The notes: generated by a model from the sequence alone, not told the origin. A DNA stretch of 32,000 nucleotides from Marinococcus luteus (GCF_034497705.1 NZ_JAXRUV010000004.1:138958-170957), one strand, 5' to 3'; shown: positions 6,913 through 20,554, numbered from the stretch's first letter. Translations and numbers: made by a program.

Positions 6913-8115
6913 TTACTCATTGTATACGTGAACGTACATATCCTCTCCCGGCTCTTTCGTAATTAACGCTTCCTGGCCAGCAGAGGAATTAATATTCACT
7001 TCAACTTCAAGGCCGTTCGGAAAAATGTCTTCCACATTATCCGCCACGTGCTGGGTGAAGGCGACGATTTCTGTTTTACTATAGAATTGAATAGGAATAT
7101 CAATCGTCAGGCTGTCAAGTTCACCGTTGACGTAATGACCTTCTCCAACTACACCGACTGTATTGTCAAAAAAGCTGTTCACTTCATTACTAAACTCATC
7201 GAACATTTCAGAATCCGAACGGTTATTTTCTTCTGCTTCCGAAGACGGGAACAGATAGTTCGATTCATTTAACTCGTTCCAGCTTCCAGGCTCCTGCCCC
7301 GGCTCAGCCATACCAGTTGCAATAAACGTTCCCGGCACGCTCGAATCTCTTGGAGCCTCCTGGAAGACGGTAAACATAATCGGCACTTCTTCAATGCGGT
7401 CTGAATTCTCACGTTCATCGTCCCGCAGACGCTCCGTGATTTTCCCTGCAATACGCTGGGCGTCCTCAAGAGCATTCTCTTCACTAATGGACTCCTCGAG
7501 CCACGGGCCGTAGGTACCGTCCTCATTTTCTTCGCGGAAGTAATATGTTTCATTCATCGAAAGCCCGATGACAATGCCGCCCAGTTCAAGACCGCCGCTT
7601 CCCTCTTCCATATAGTTATGTTCAAGCAGGTTGGACATTGTTCTCGGTGCACCGCGTTCACGCTCCTCAAACCCGTCTCCTTCACTGCCGGCAAGCGGTG
7701 GGTTCAGCCCTTTCGGCCTCGTCGTTGGTTCCCCGTCGCCTTCTTCGCCTTCCCGGAGCAGCCAGTTATTTAACTCACTGCGTTCAATAACCTGGCCTTC
7801 CCGGAAATAATAATCATCCTGACTGAACTCTTCCGAAGCAAGCTCCTGCATGCCTATTTCCATCCGCTCAAGGTCAAAGCGATTATAAACAACGGAATTA
7901 CTGAGTCCCCGGGATTCACCCGTGACGTACTGGCCATCGTCAGTGAGTACCGCCCGGTAGTACTCATCCAGGCTTGGAATGCCAGCACTCAGCGACAACT
8001 CTTCTTCTGATTCCGGCTGAGAGTCCTCTGATTCTGATTCATCCCCGCCAAACAACCCGCATCCTGATAATGCAAACACGGAAGCAGCTATAACAAGGCC
8101 GGCTCTTTTCCGCAT
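6913..8115 (-). CDS. camS: CamS family sex-pheromone-biosynthesis lipoprotein (YerH homologue)
   Basis: 400 aa. The lipoprotein signal peptide is MRKRAGLVIAASVFALSG|C, with lipobox LSGC. An acidic linker precedes the conserved CamS body. Its position between ligA and gatC matches B. subtilis yerH. Confidence 0.8.
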   Translation of the reverse strand: MRKRAGLVIAASVFALSGCGLFGGDESESEDSQPESEEELSLSAGIPSLDEYYRAVLTDDGQYVTGESRGLSNSVVYNRFDLERMEIGMQELASEEFSQDDYYFREGQVIERSELNNWLLREGEEGDGEPTTRPKGLNPPLAGSEGDGFEERERGAPRTMSNLLEHNYMEEGSGGLELGGIVIGLSMNETYYFREENEDGTYGPWLEESISEENALEDAQRIAGKITERLRDDERENSDRIEEVPIMFTVFQEAPRDSSVPGTFIATGMAEPGQEPGSWNELNESNYLFPSSEAEENNRSDSEMFDEFSNEVNSFFDNTVGVVGEGHYVNGELDSLTIDIPIQFYSKTEIVAFTQHVADNVEDIFPNGLEVEVNINSSAGQEALITKEPGEDMYVHVYNE

Positions 8116-8253
8116 GATATCATTTCCTCCATTCCCGGCGTTTCCTTCCAGATATTTTTTCTCTTTTGTACGTCCAGACGTTTACATTTTTTTCTTTCCC
8201 ATCTCTATCTTAGAAGGTATGCCCGAGTGAAACAAGCTACTTTTATCTTCTTT

Positions 8254-12494
<4,241 letters not shown>

Positions 12495-12519
12495 GATGCC
12501 ACCGCCTTTCGTAAGTATT

Positions 12520-12537
12520 CAGGAACATACGTTCCTG
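12520..12537 (-). other. Intergenic hairpin CAGGAAC-ATAC-GTTCCTG between pcrB and pcrA
   Basis: A perfect 7-bp stem with a 4-nt loop. No T-tract follows on the minus strand, so it is not a classic terminator. It may be an mRNA processing or stability element. Confidence 0.3.
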
Positions 12538-12567
12538 CTTTAGTATACCGAATATTTGTGATTTACG

Positions 12568-13254
12568 CTAAGGTCTGACCGCTCTGACGGTCTGCACTGC
12601 TCTCTTTACATTTTCATATACAATGTCTCCGACTACGATGGTATCTGCGTAAGCAGCCATTTCCGCTGCCTGCTCTTTCGAACGGATACCGCCGCCGTAA
12701 AAGAGCCTTGCTTCGTGTAATGCTTTCCGCGCTTCCTGAACCATGCGCACGTCGCCGTATGTGCCGCTGTATTCTATATAAAAAATTGGAAGATGAAACA
12801 GCCGGTCTGCCATCGCAGCATATGCTTCAATATCTTCATCCGTCTGTTCCGTCCTGGCCTCTGTTAATGCTGCTGCCTTGGCATCCGGATTTAAAATGCA
12901 GTACCCTTCCGCGAGTACTTCCTCCTGCTCAAGGGCAGGGCCCATTTCCTTCAGTGCCTGCTGATGCAGCCCGGTAATCCACCGGGCCTCTCCTGCGTTT
13001 AATACCGTCGGCACGAGATAGCAGTCAAAGCCGGGGGTCACCGCTTCTATATTTGAGATTTCAAGCGCGCATGCCACTGGAAACCGACGCACCCGGGCCA
13101 GAAGATTCAATGTATTATCAAGGGTAACCCCGTCGCTTCCTCCCACAATGACCGCATCTGTTCCCGACTCACATATTTGTTCTAAATCCTCGTCGCTGAT
13201 CGCTTTCGCCGGATCCAGCTTAAAGGCATGTTTCCATTCTGAATATGATAGCAT
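12568..13254 (-). CDS. pcrB: Heptaprenylglyceryl phosphate synthase
   Basis: 228 aa. The segment EWKHAFKLDPAKAISDEDLEQICESGTDAVIVGGSDGV closely parallels B. subtilis PcrB as recalled. It is adjacent to pcrA. Confidence 0.9.
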   Translation of the reverse strand: MLSYSEWKHAFKLDPAKAISDEDLEQICESGTDAVIVGGSDGVTLDNTLNLLARVRRFPVACALEISNIEAVTPGFDCYLVPTVLNAGEARWITGLHQQALKEMGPALEQEEVLAEGYCILNPDAKAAALTEARTEQTDEDIEAYAAMADRLFHLPIFYIEYSGTYGDVRMVQEARKALHEARLFYGGGIRSKEQAAEMAAYADTIVVGDIVYENVKRAVQTVRAVRP

Positions 13255-13422
13255 CTAGACGTACTCCCTTTATGCAAATAGATAAGCTCAGAAACGCTCT
13301 CTTTGAAGCTTCTGATACCTGAAGCGGCCAAACATTCCGGGCCTTTTTGCTTTTCATTCCTCAGTCTTTCATTATACCAAATCCACCGCCGTTACTAAAT
13401 GAACTTATATCGTTTCCCCCGC

Positions 13423-13458
13423 AAAAAAACTCCCATCCGGCAGTCCGGCGGGAGTTTT
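13423..13458 (-). terminator. Rho-independent terminator of yerC
   Basis: An interrupted stem pairs CTCCC with GGGAG and CCGG with CCGG around a CAGT loop. T7 follows on the minus strand (A-run at 13423-13429 on plus). Confidence 0.6.
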
Positions 13459-13480
13459 ATACGCGTCTGTCTGTTACGCT

Positions 13481-13798
13481 CTATTGTGAGTCCTGTTCCT
13501 GTTTTTCATTATGCACACGGTCGAGAGTCATTTGGTAACTGTCGTTTCCATAATTCAGGCAACGTTTCACCCTTGATATGGTTGCGGTGCTTGCACCGGT
13601 TTCCAGTTCAATTTTGTGATACGTATATCCGTGCTGAAGCATTCTTGCTACTTCAAGCCGCTGGGCAAGTGATTGAATTTCATTAATTGTGCATAGATCG
13701 TCAAAAAATTCATAGCACTCATCGATATTTTTTAACGAAAGGATCGCCTGAAAGAGCTGATCGAGCTCTTTCCCCCTTAATTTGTCAATCTGCAACAC
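13481..13798 (-). CDS. yerC: YerC/YecD family TrpR-like DNA-binding protein
   Basis: 105 aa. The segment IDKLRGKELDQLFQAILSLKNIDECYEFFDDLCTINEIQSLAQRLEVARML matches the YerC family as recalled. The start is GTG at 13798, or TTG at 13795 to give MQID. The SD is AAAGGAG. Confidence 0.85.
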   Translation of the reverse strand: MLQIDKLRGKELDQLFQAILSLKNIDECYEFFDDLCTINEIQSLAQRLEVARMLQHGYTYHKIELETGASTATISRVKRCLNYGNDSYQMTLDRVHNEKQEQDSQ

Positions 13799-13855
13799 AC
13801 TACACTCCTTTTTGGCTACGTGACAGACGAAGGTATTTATTCATAAAGCGACGCG

Positions 13856-13882
13856 CAAAACAGTTTCATTTAAGCTGAAACT
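13856..13882 (-). terminator. Weak terminator-like hairpin after the adenine deaminase gene
   Basis: The minus strand reads AGTTTCA-GCTTAAA-TGAAACT, a 7-bp AT-rich stem, followed by GTTTTG. Confidence 0.3.
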
Positions 13883-13910
13883 AGCTGATATCAGTACCTA
13901 CTTTTACAGT

Positions 13911-15653
13911 TTAACGCATAATGGCAGGAAAGAGTACCATTTTTTTATGAACGTCATATATACCTTTTTGCGTAACCCTGATATACGGGAGATGAGTCGC
14001 TGCAAAAAATAAGAGAGAATAAACCGGATCCTCATGCGGATAGCCCCGGGTTTTCAGCGCGGCTACCATTTTTTCATGCTCAACAATGACCTCTTCCATC
14101 GGCTTCGAGGACATCAGACCGAAAATACCCAGGGAAATATGCTCCACCACTTCCCCGTCCTCGACGAGAAAAATCCCGCCTTTATTTTTAATCAGTTCTT
14201 CGGCTGCTTTTTGCATATCTTCCTTGTGCTTGCCGATCATAATAATATCGCCGTTGTTATTAAAGGAAGATGCGAATCCGTCCACCTTGGTTGCGAATCC
14301 TTTTAAGATCGTATTAACGCGCCATTTTCCGTACCGGTCAATGACCATGAAAAAGGACTCGTCGTGGGTTTTCCACAGTTCATCATTGTTTGCTTCAATG
14401 CCGATATGGTAAGGCTTTAAAATAACGGAATTCATCAGCTCAATTCCCATCGGCATCGAAAAGTGAAAGTCACTGTCCTTTAATTCCCAGTCAATTTCAA
14501 GCGGTGTCACCCCGTACTTTTCCCATTCGAAGGGCTTTTTCGGATACAGGTTCGTTTCATCCCTGTATACCCACTGTCCTTTAGCAAGAACGGCTTCAGG
14601 TTTGGGTTCGCGCTTATCCGATAAAATATTCAAATGGGCAAGCCGCCCCGGGGCAATCATGCCGATCAAATTGTCGAGACCAAGGTGAACCGCCGCATTA
14701 TACGAGCCCATTTCATACGCATCGATTTCGGGCACGCCCTTGTCCAGGCAGATTTGAATGGTCTGGTCAATAACCCCTTTTTTATAAAAGGCCGGCGTGG
14801 AGCCGTCAGTGTTCAGTGTAAAACGGCGAAAGTCCGTGATTCCGGCCTCAAGCAGTCCTTCGATCATATCCGGAAGATCCGGCCGGATCGAAGAGTAGCG
14901 GAGTGATGTGACAAGACCTGCGTCCAGTCGGCGCAGCGCTTCTTCAGCGGTCATCGCTTCATGTTCGCCGTCCACGCCAAGAAGCGCCATCTGCGTAATC
15001 GTCGATACCGAGGAGCCTGGAAGGTGTCCTTCAATTGGCTTATTCAGTTCCTTCGTGTATTGCATCCAGTGCAGAATCGTATCGTTGCCGGTCATTACTT
15101 TAGGCCACGAAGTCAGTTCTCCCCCCTGGACGACGAGCGGATGCTCCAGCCAGTCCTTCATGTTCGACGGCGAAAACCACCGATCTTCTTCCTCAAGCTC
15201 TGTCTGCGAGTCGTACCGGGCCCACCAGAACATGGACGTAGGAAGCTCCCCAAGGTCTTCAATAGCAGAAAGCGCCTGGTATTTCTCCATATTTAAAAAC
15301 AAAAACAAATTATCATTCACAAGTGTAGTCGTTCCACGCACGGACGCATACTCCGCCAGTGTCTGCGGGCTGTACAGCTGGAAAGGGTGGGCGTGTGGTT
15401 CAATATAACCCGGCACCACCCATTTTCCGCTGCAGTCGACGATTTCTGATCCGTGTGTTTTTTCCGGCCATTCAGGCCCGGCGTACATAATACGGTCGTC
15501 ATATATCCATATGTGGCCGCGACTCCAGCTTTTACGGGCACTATTTAAGTATGTTGCATCTTTTAAAATAATAGAGGGAGCTGTTTCGCCCCTCATCACG
15601 GAAAGATGGTCTCTTAATGTTGATTTGCTCCAATGATACAGCTTATTTGCCAT
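13911..15653 (-). CDS. Adenine deaminase family amidohydrolase (YerA-type)
   Basis: 580 aa from ATG at 15653 (MANKLYHW), with GGAGGAG upstream. The metal-binding signature VVPGYIEPHAHP is that of the amidohydrolase superfamily. Its position next to yerC matches B. subtilis yerA. The ORF-track start at 15677 is a GTG lying inside the SD. Confidence 0.85.
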   Translation of the reverse strand: MANKLYHWSKSTLRDHLSVMRGETAPSIILKDATYLNSARKSWSRGHIWIYDDRIMYAGPEWPEKTHGSEIVDCSGKWVVPGYIEPHAHPFQLYSPQTLAEYASVRGTTTLVNDNLFLFLNMEKYQALSAIEDLGELPTSMFWWARYDSQTELEEEDRWFSPSNMKDWLEHPLVVQGGELTSWPKVMTGNDTILHWMQYTKELNKPIEGHLPGSSVSTITQMALLGVDGEHEAMTAEEALRRLDAGLVTSLRYSSIRPDLPDMIEGLLEAGITDFRRFTLNTDGSTPAFYKKGVIDQTIQICLDKGVPEIDAYEMGSYNAAVHLGLDNLIGMIAPGRLAHLNILSDKREPKPEAVLAKGQWVYRDETNLYPKKPFEWEKYGVTPLEIDWELKDSDFHFSMPMGIELMNSVILKPYHIGIEANNDELWKTHDESFFMVIDRYGKWRVNTILKGFATKVDGFASSFNNNGDIIMIGKHKEDMQKAAEELIKNKGGIFLVEDGEVVEHISLGIFGLMSSKPMEEVIVEHEKMVAALKTRGYPHEDPVYSLLFFAATHLPYIRVTQKGIYDVHKKMVLFPAIMR

Positions 15654-15704
15654 CCAAACATCTCTCCTCCTGCACACAGTTCGTTGCTCGATTTCATTTT
15701 CCCT

Positions 15705-15713
15705 ATCATATCA
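15705..15713 (-). promoter_or_regulatory. Candidate extended -10 promoter TGATATGAT for the adenine deaminase gene
   Basis: The minus strand reads TGTGATATGATAGG, about 50 nt upstream of the ATG at 15653. Confidence 0.35.
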
Positions 15714-15976
15714 CAAATGTAAACGCTTTTTTTATATTTTCAGGTGACAATTTTGAAACGTTTTCCTTTTTTACAACTGTTTTCATATTTTCACAAAAAT
15801 AGTGAAACAGTTTCAGTCAATTATCAGAATTCACTTAAAATATTAAGCAATTTTATAAAAAATCGATAAAACTGTACTAATATTTTTATCCTGCTCATTG
15901 TAACAGAATCCTTTACCTGGGAGAAAGAAAATGAAAGGAAATATAACATAAAATTCATATTCTCTTTGCAAAGTTC

Positions 15977-16008
15977 AAAAAAACTGCTTCTGCCATCAGC
16001 AGAAACAG
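15977..16008 (-). terminator. Rho-independent terminator of the pur operon
   Basis: Minus-strand RNA reads CUGUUUCUGC-UGAUG-GCAGAAGCAG, a 10-bp stem with one G.U pair, followed by U7. It begins 13 nt after the purD stop. Confidence 0.85.
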
Positions 16009-16020
16009 TTTTGCTTTTCA

Positions 16021-17268
16021 TTATTGCAGCGCCCGAAAACCAATGTCGGTGCGATAAAACAAATTATTCGTATCGAGTTCCTTCATTTTTTCATACACCT
16101 GTGCCTTTGCTTCCCCGAGAGTCGCAGCCTTTTCTGACAGCAGCAGCACCCGGCCGCCGCTGTTCACATATACACCATTCTTTTTTTCCACTCCAGCGAA
16201 AAAAAGAAGAGGGCTTTCCGGTACATGGTGGATGGGACGGTTCTTTTCATAGCTGCCCGGATAGCCTTTAGAGGCAGCCACTACCCCGAGTACCGCTTCT
16301 TCCGACCAGACTGGCTCCGGCCTGCCTCCGTCGAGGAGGGTTCCCAAAAGCTCCGCCAGATCCGATTCGAGTCGCGGAAGCACGACCTGCGCTTCCGGAT
16401 CACCGAACCTCGCATTAAACTCAATCACTTTCGGTCCCGCAGACGTCATCATTAATCCGGCATACAGAACACCGGTGAACGGTGTGCCTTCCTCCACCAG
16501 CCCGGAGGCTGCCGGCTGAAGCACTTTTTCCACCGCTTCATCGATGTCTTTTTGAGTAAACTGAGGAACGGGACTGTAAGCACCCATTCCTCCGGTATTG
16601 GGGCCTTCGTCGTTATCATATGCACGTTTATGGTCCTGCGCAGCTACCATTGGCACAACCGTTTCGCCGTGGACAAAAGCCATTAAAGATAGCTCTTCGC
16701 CCTCTAAAAACTCTTCAATGACTACTTCGGCTCCCGCTTCGCCGAACTTGTGGTCTTTCAGTACTTCTTCAAGCGCCTGTAGCGCTTCGGCTTCGGTCAT
16801 CGCCACGGTGACCCCTTTACCGGCAGCCAAACCGTCTGCCTTAATGACAATCGGCGCTCCCTGGCTGCGTATATAAACCTCTGCTTCTTCGTATTTTGAA
16901 AATGAAGCATAGGTGCCGGTCGGAATATGATAGCGCTCCATGACTTCTTTCGCGTAGGATTTGCTTCCTTCAATCATAGCTGCTTTCTCACCCGGACCAA
17001 ACACACGCAGCCCTTCCTGTTCAAAACGGTCGGCAAGCCCGGCCAAAAGCGGGGCTTCCGGCCCGATCACGGTCAGCTCCACCTTCTTTTCCTTTGCGAA
17101 GGCCACAAGGCTTTCCTGATCGCTTTCCGCTATGTTCACGCATTCTGCGTAATTCTCCATACCGTCATTACCCGGTGCTGCATACACGCGGGCCACACTC
17201 GCACTTTTTGCAAAGGCGTAAGCTAGGGCATGCTCCCGGCCGCCTGCTCCTACTACTAAGACATTCAT
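16021..17268 (-). CDS. purD: Phosphoribosylamine-glycine ligase
   Basis: 415 aa from MNVLVVGAGGREHALAYA (ATG at 17268). The SD AGGAGG lies 6 nt upstream. The ORF-track start at 17304 adds 12 unsupported residues. Confidence 0.95.
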   Translation of the reverse strand: MNVLVVGAGGREHALAYAFAKSASVARVYAAPGNDGMENYAECVNIAESDQESLVAFAKEKKVELTVIGPEAPLLAGLADRFEQEGLRVFGPGEKAAMIEGSKSYAKEVMERYHIPTGTYASFSKYEEAEVYIRSQGAPIVIKADGLAAGKGVTVAMTEAEALQALEEVLKDHKFGEAGAEVVIEEFLEGEELSLMAFVHGETVVPMVAAQDHKRAYDNDEGPNTGGMGAYSPVPQFTQKDIDEAVEKVLQPAASGLVEEGTPFTGVLYAGLMMTSAGPKVIEFNARFGDPEAQVVLPRLESDLAELLGTLLDGGRPEPVWSEEAVLGVVAASKGYPGSYEKNRPIHHVPESPLLFFAGVEKKNGVYVNSGGRVLLLSEKAATLGEAKAQVYEKMKELDTNNLFYRTDIGFRALQ

Positions 17269-17318
17269 CGCCATCCTCCTGTTCAAAAAAACCGTTATAT
17301 TCATGCTTCACTGGCTTC

Positions 17319-17347
17319 AAATAAAAGCCCGGGAATCCATTTCCCGG
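17319..17347 (-). terminator. Terminator-like hairpin in the purH-purD intergenic region
   Basis: The stem pairs CCGGGAA with TTCCCGG (7 bp, 5-nt loop). GCTTTTATTTG follows on the minus strand. It lies 16 nt after the purH stop. Confidence 0.4.
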
Positions 17348-17362
17348 ACTTTTCTGCCGCTT

Positions 17363-18895
17363 TTAATGCTTAAAATGGCGCATACCGGTAAACACCATAG
17401 TGATTCCCAATTCATTGGCCCGGTCGATGGACTCCTGATCGCGGATCGAGCCGCCCGGCTGAATGATCGCTGAAATTCCCGCTTCTCCGGCTGTTTCCAC
17501 CGTGTCCTGCATAGGGAAAAAGGCGTCGGAGCCCAGAGCGCTGTGCACCGCTTCTTCCCCAGCCTGGTCAATAGCGATCCCGGCCGAGCCGACCCGGTTC
17601 ATCTGGCCGGCCCCAATGCCTATCGTCTGGACATTTTTCGTCAATACGATCGCGTTGGATTTAACATGCTTCACTACCTTCCAGGCGAGCTTCAGGTCTT
17701 CCCATTCCGCCTCTGTCGGCTCCCGTTCCGTGACCACCCGCACGTCTGCGTCCAGAAACCCTTTAGTATCTTCATCCTGCACAAGCAGACCGCCGTGAAT
17801 CGAAGTAAGCTGCGAGCGTGTCTCCGCCATTCCCTCGAGCGTCACTGTCAGCAGACGAATATTTTTCTTCTGCGTCAGCAGATCAAGAGCTTCCTGGGAA
17901 AAGCTCGGGGCGATGACAATTTCAAGGAAAATCTCCTTCAGCTTCTCGGCAATGGCCTCTGTCACTTCACCGTTAAACGCCACAATGCCGCCGAATATCG
18001 AGACTGGATCTGCGGCATACGTTTTGTCGTAAGCTTCTTCGAGTGTTTCCCCAATCGCGACCCCACACGGATTCATGTGCTTAACGGCTACCGAAGCCGG
18101 ATGCGTAAACTCACGGATCATGCTGAGCGCTGCTTCAGCATCGTTAATATTATTATAGGAAAGCTCCTTGCCGTGCAGCTGGAAGGCGTTTGCAATCGAG
18201 CTGAGCGGCCCGATCGGCTCCCGGTAAAAGGCTGCCTCCTGATGAGGGTTTTCGCCGTAGCGCAGATCCTGCTTTTTCTCATACGTCACGGTATACATTT
18301 CAGGATGCTTTTCCCCGGCTTCCCGGGTTAAATAATCCGCAATTAACGCGTCATAGGAGGCAGTGTGACGGAACACCTTGGCCGCAAGCTTTTTATTCGT
18401 CTCAGCTGATACCGCACCGCCCTCATTTAATTCTGTAAGCACAAGCTCATAATCATCCGGGTCTACGACGACCGTAACGTCTTCGAAGTTTTTCGCCGCG
18501 GCTCTTAGCATCGTCGGGCCGCCGATATCGATGTTTTCAATAGCGTCCTCAAACGACTTGTCCGGGTTTTCGATCGTTTTTTTGAACGGGTACAGATTTA
18601 CTACCACCAGGTCAATCGGTTCGATGCTGTGCTCCTTCAGCTGAGATATATGAGCATCGTCACTGCGGCGGGCAAGCAGTCCGCTATGTATGTTTGGATG
18701 CAGCGTCTTCACCCGGCCGTCAAGTATTTCTGGAAAACCAGTAACCTCTGAAATACCCGTGATCTGCACACCGCTTTCCTCTAGTACGCGGCTCGTCCCT
18801 CCTGTGGAAATAATTTCAATTCCCTGCTTTTCTAGGCTTTTAGCCAGGGGGACAATGCCCTCTTTATCTGACACACTAATTAATGCTCGTTTCAT
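17363..18895 (-). CDS. purH: Bifunctional AICAR transformylase / IMP cyclohydrolase
   Basis: 510 aa. It opens MKRALISVSDKEGIV and ends FTGMRHFKH, both typical of PurH. Its start overlaps the purN stop in an ATGA junction. Confidence 0.95.
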   Translation of the reverse strand: MKRALISVSDKEGIVPLAKSLEKQGIEIISTGGTSRVLEESGVQITGISEVTGFPEILDGRVKTLHPNIHSGLLARRSDDAHISQLKEHSIEPIDLVVVNLYPFKKTIENPDKSFEDAIENIDIGGPTMLRAAAKNFEDVTVVVDPDDYELVLTELNEGGAVSAETNKKLAAKVFRHTASYDALIADYLTREAGEKHPEMYTVTYEKKQDLRYGENPHQEAAFYREPIGPLSSIANAFQLHGKELSYNNINDAEAALSMIREFTHPASVAVKHMNPCGVAIGETLEEAYDKTYAADPVSIFGGIVAFNGEVTEAIAEKLKEIFLEIVIAPSFSQEALDLLTQKKNIRLLTVTLEGMAETRSQLTSIHGGLLVQDEDTKGFLDADVRVVTEREPTEAEWEDLKLAWKVVKHVKSNAIVLTKNVQTIGIGAGQMNRVGSAGIAIDQAGEEAVHSALGSDAFFPMQDTVETAGEAGISAIIQPGGSIRDQESIDRANELGITMVFTGMRHFKH

Positions 18896-19500
18896 GAATG
18901 GTTGGCTCCCTCCGTATTGGTTTGCACTGTTTTAAGGGGACGGGCAATCCACTGCTGGACAATTTCCGGATAGAGCCGGTGTTCAACAGCCTGGATTCCG
19001 GCTGTGAGCGTCTCGAGCGAATCCGATTCTTTTACATGCAGCGGCTCCTGCGCAATGATGATGCCGGTATCCATGCCTTCATCAACGTAATGAACCGTGA
19101 CCCCGGTCACTTTTACTCCAGCATCCCACGCCTGCCTGATGGCATCTTTTCCAGGAAAGGCCGGAAGCAGCGACGGATGAACATTAATCATACGTCCGCC
19201 GTATTCCGTGAGCAGCGTATCGCCGATTAACCGCATATAGCCTGCAAGCACGATCCGCTCCGCCCCTTTAGCATATAATTCCTTTACGATTTCAGTTTCA
19301 AACGCTGCCTTGTTTTCGTATTCCTTCGGCGAAAAAGCGCACACCGGTATGCCCTCTTCCTCAGCAAAGGCAACGACTGGGGCGTGAGGCTTGTCACAGA
19401 CAATCAGCACAAATTCCGCTTCGATCCGCTGCTCGCGGGCTGCATGGACCAATGAACGGGCATTTGAGCCGGTGCCGGAGGCAAATAAAGCGAGCTTCAT
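18892..19500 (-). CDS. purN: Phosphoribosylglycinamide formyltransferase
   Basis: 202 aa from ATG at 19500 ([13 protein letters not shown]). This start overlaps the purM TGA by 1 nt, with the SD AAGGGAG upstream. Confidence 0.9.
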   Translation of the reverse strand: MKLALFASGTGSNARSLVHAAREQRIEAEFVLIVCDKPHAPVVAFAEEEGIPVCAFSPKEYENKAAFETEIVKELYAKGAERIVLAGYMRLIGDTLLTEYGGRMINVHPSLLPAFPGKDAIRQAWDAGVKVTGVTVHYVDEGMDTGIIIAQEPLHVKESDSLETLTAGIQAVEHRLYPEIVQQWIARPLKTVQTNTEGANHS

Positions 19501-20537
19501 CAGCACGTCGCTCCCTTCACCTGCACACCACCGCCATCAGTCACTTCCCCGATGGTCCACGCCTCTTCCCCGGCCTGCTTCAGCGCCTGGAGCATGCTTT
19601 CTTTTTCCGCAGCCGGTACAACCGTCATTAAACCAATACCCATATTAAAGGTGCCAAACATGTCTTCCGGGGACAAATGACCCTCGTTTTGAATGAAGGG
19701 AAAAATCTCCGGCTGCTGCCAGCTGTTAACATCAAACATCGCGCCGCAGCCATCTGGAAGCATTCTCGGAACATTTTCGAAAAAACCACCGCCCGTAATA
19801 TGAGCCATCCCTCTGGCTGTTCCTGCCTGCTTAATTGCTTTCGCCGCATTCACGTAAATCTTCGTCGGCTCGAGAAGCTCTTCCCCGAGCGGACGCTGAA
19901 ACGGCGGTACCGTGTCGTTCACCGTAAACAATCCCTCTTCGAACAAAACCTTTCGCACAAGGGAAAATCCGTTGCTGTGCACGCCAGAGGAAGCCACCCC
20001 GATAATTGCGTCTCCGGGTTCTGCTTTTGATTCAGCCAAAATATCCGCCTTCTCCGCCGCACCAACGGCAAACCCGGCCAGATCGTATTCTTCCTCGCTG
20101 TACATTCCCGGCATCTCGGCGGTTTCTCCGCCAATAACAGCACAGCCTGCCTGCGCACAGCCGTCTGCTACACCCTTCACGATCTGCTCAATTTTTTCCG
20201 GGTTTGCTTTTCCCAGGGCCAGATAATCCAGAAAATAGAGGGGGTCGGCCCCCTGGACGGCGATATCATTTACACACATCGCCACCACATCCTGGCCGAT
20301 CGTGTCGTGCTTATTCATTTGAAAAGCAAGCATTAATTTCGTGCCGACACCGTCTGTGCCCGATATGAGCACGGGCTCCTTGTAAGGAAGTCCGGAAATA
20401 TCAAACATACCGCCAAAACCACCGAGAGCCCCCATCACTTCCGGGCGCCCGGTGCGGGCAATGTGTTTTTTCATCCGCTCTACTGCCTGGTATCCTGCTT
20501 CAACGTCTACACCGGCCCGCTTGTAAGCTTCAGACAT
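19500..20537 (-). CDS. purM: Phosphoribosylformylglycinamidine cyclo-ligase (AIR synthetase)
   Basis: 345 aa. The sequence [16 protein letters not shown]...GGFGGMFD is typical of PurM. Confidence 0.95.
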   Translation of the reverse strand: MSEAYKRAGVDVEAGYQAVERMKKHIARTGRPEVMGALGGFGGMFDISGLPYKEPVLISGTDGVGTKLMLAFQMNKHDTIGQDVVAMCVNDIAVQGADPLYFLDYLALGKANPEKIEQIVKGVADGCAQAGCAVIGGETAEMPGMYSEEEYDLAGFAVGAAEKADILAESKAEPGDAIIGVASSGVHSNGFSLVRKVLFEEGLFTVNDTVPPFQRPLGEELLEPTKIYVNAAKAIKQAGTARGMAHITGGGFFENVPRMLPDGCGAMFDVNSWQQPEIFPFIQNEGHLSPEDMFGTFNMGIGLMTVVPAAEKESMLQALKQAGEEAWTIGEVTDGGGVQVKGATC

Positions 20538-20554
20538 CCATAGGCCCTCCTTTG

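Noticed and set aside
8116-8253. A possible terminator or sRNA in the ligA-camS intergenic region (ACGTC-TGG-GACGT hairpin).
   Set aside because: The stem is only 5 bp with a 3-nt loop and no T-tract. That is not enough to call a terminator or a structured RNA.
15700-15820. cre (CcpA), TnrA/GlnR (TGTNAN7TNACA), CodY or PurBox sites upstream of the adenine deaminase gene.
   Set aside because: TTGAAACGTTTTC is one base short of the cre half-site spacing. TGTGAAAATATGAAAACA has the wrong spacing and lacks the T of TNACA. The CodY match is limited to AATTTT. No CGAAC core is present.
15824-16021. A 65-aa minus-strand ORF in the purD/adenine-deaminase intergenic region, and a 6-codon mini-ORF at 15931-15951.
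   Set aside because: The 65-aa ORF starts inside the purD stop region and runs through the pur operon terminator hairpin with no SD. The 6-codon ORF is too short to support and has no context.
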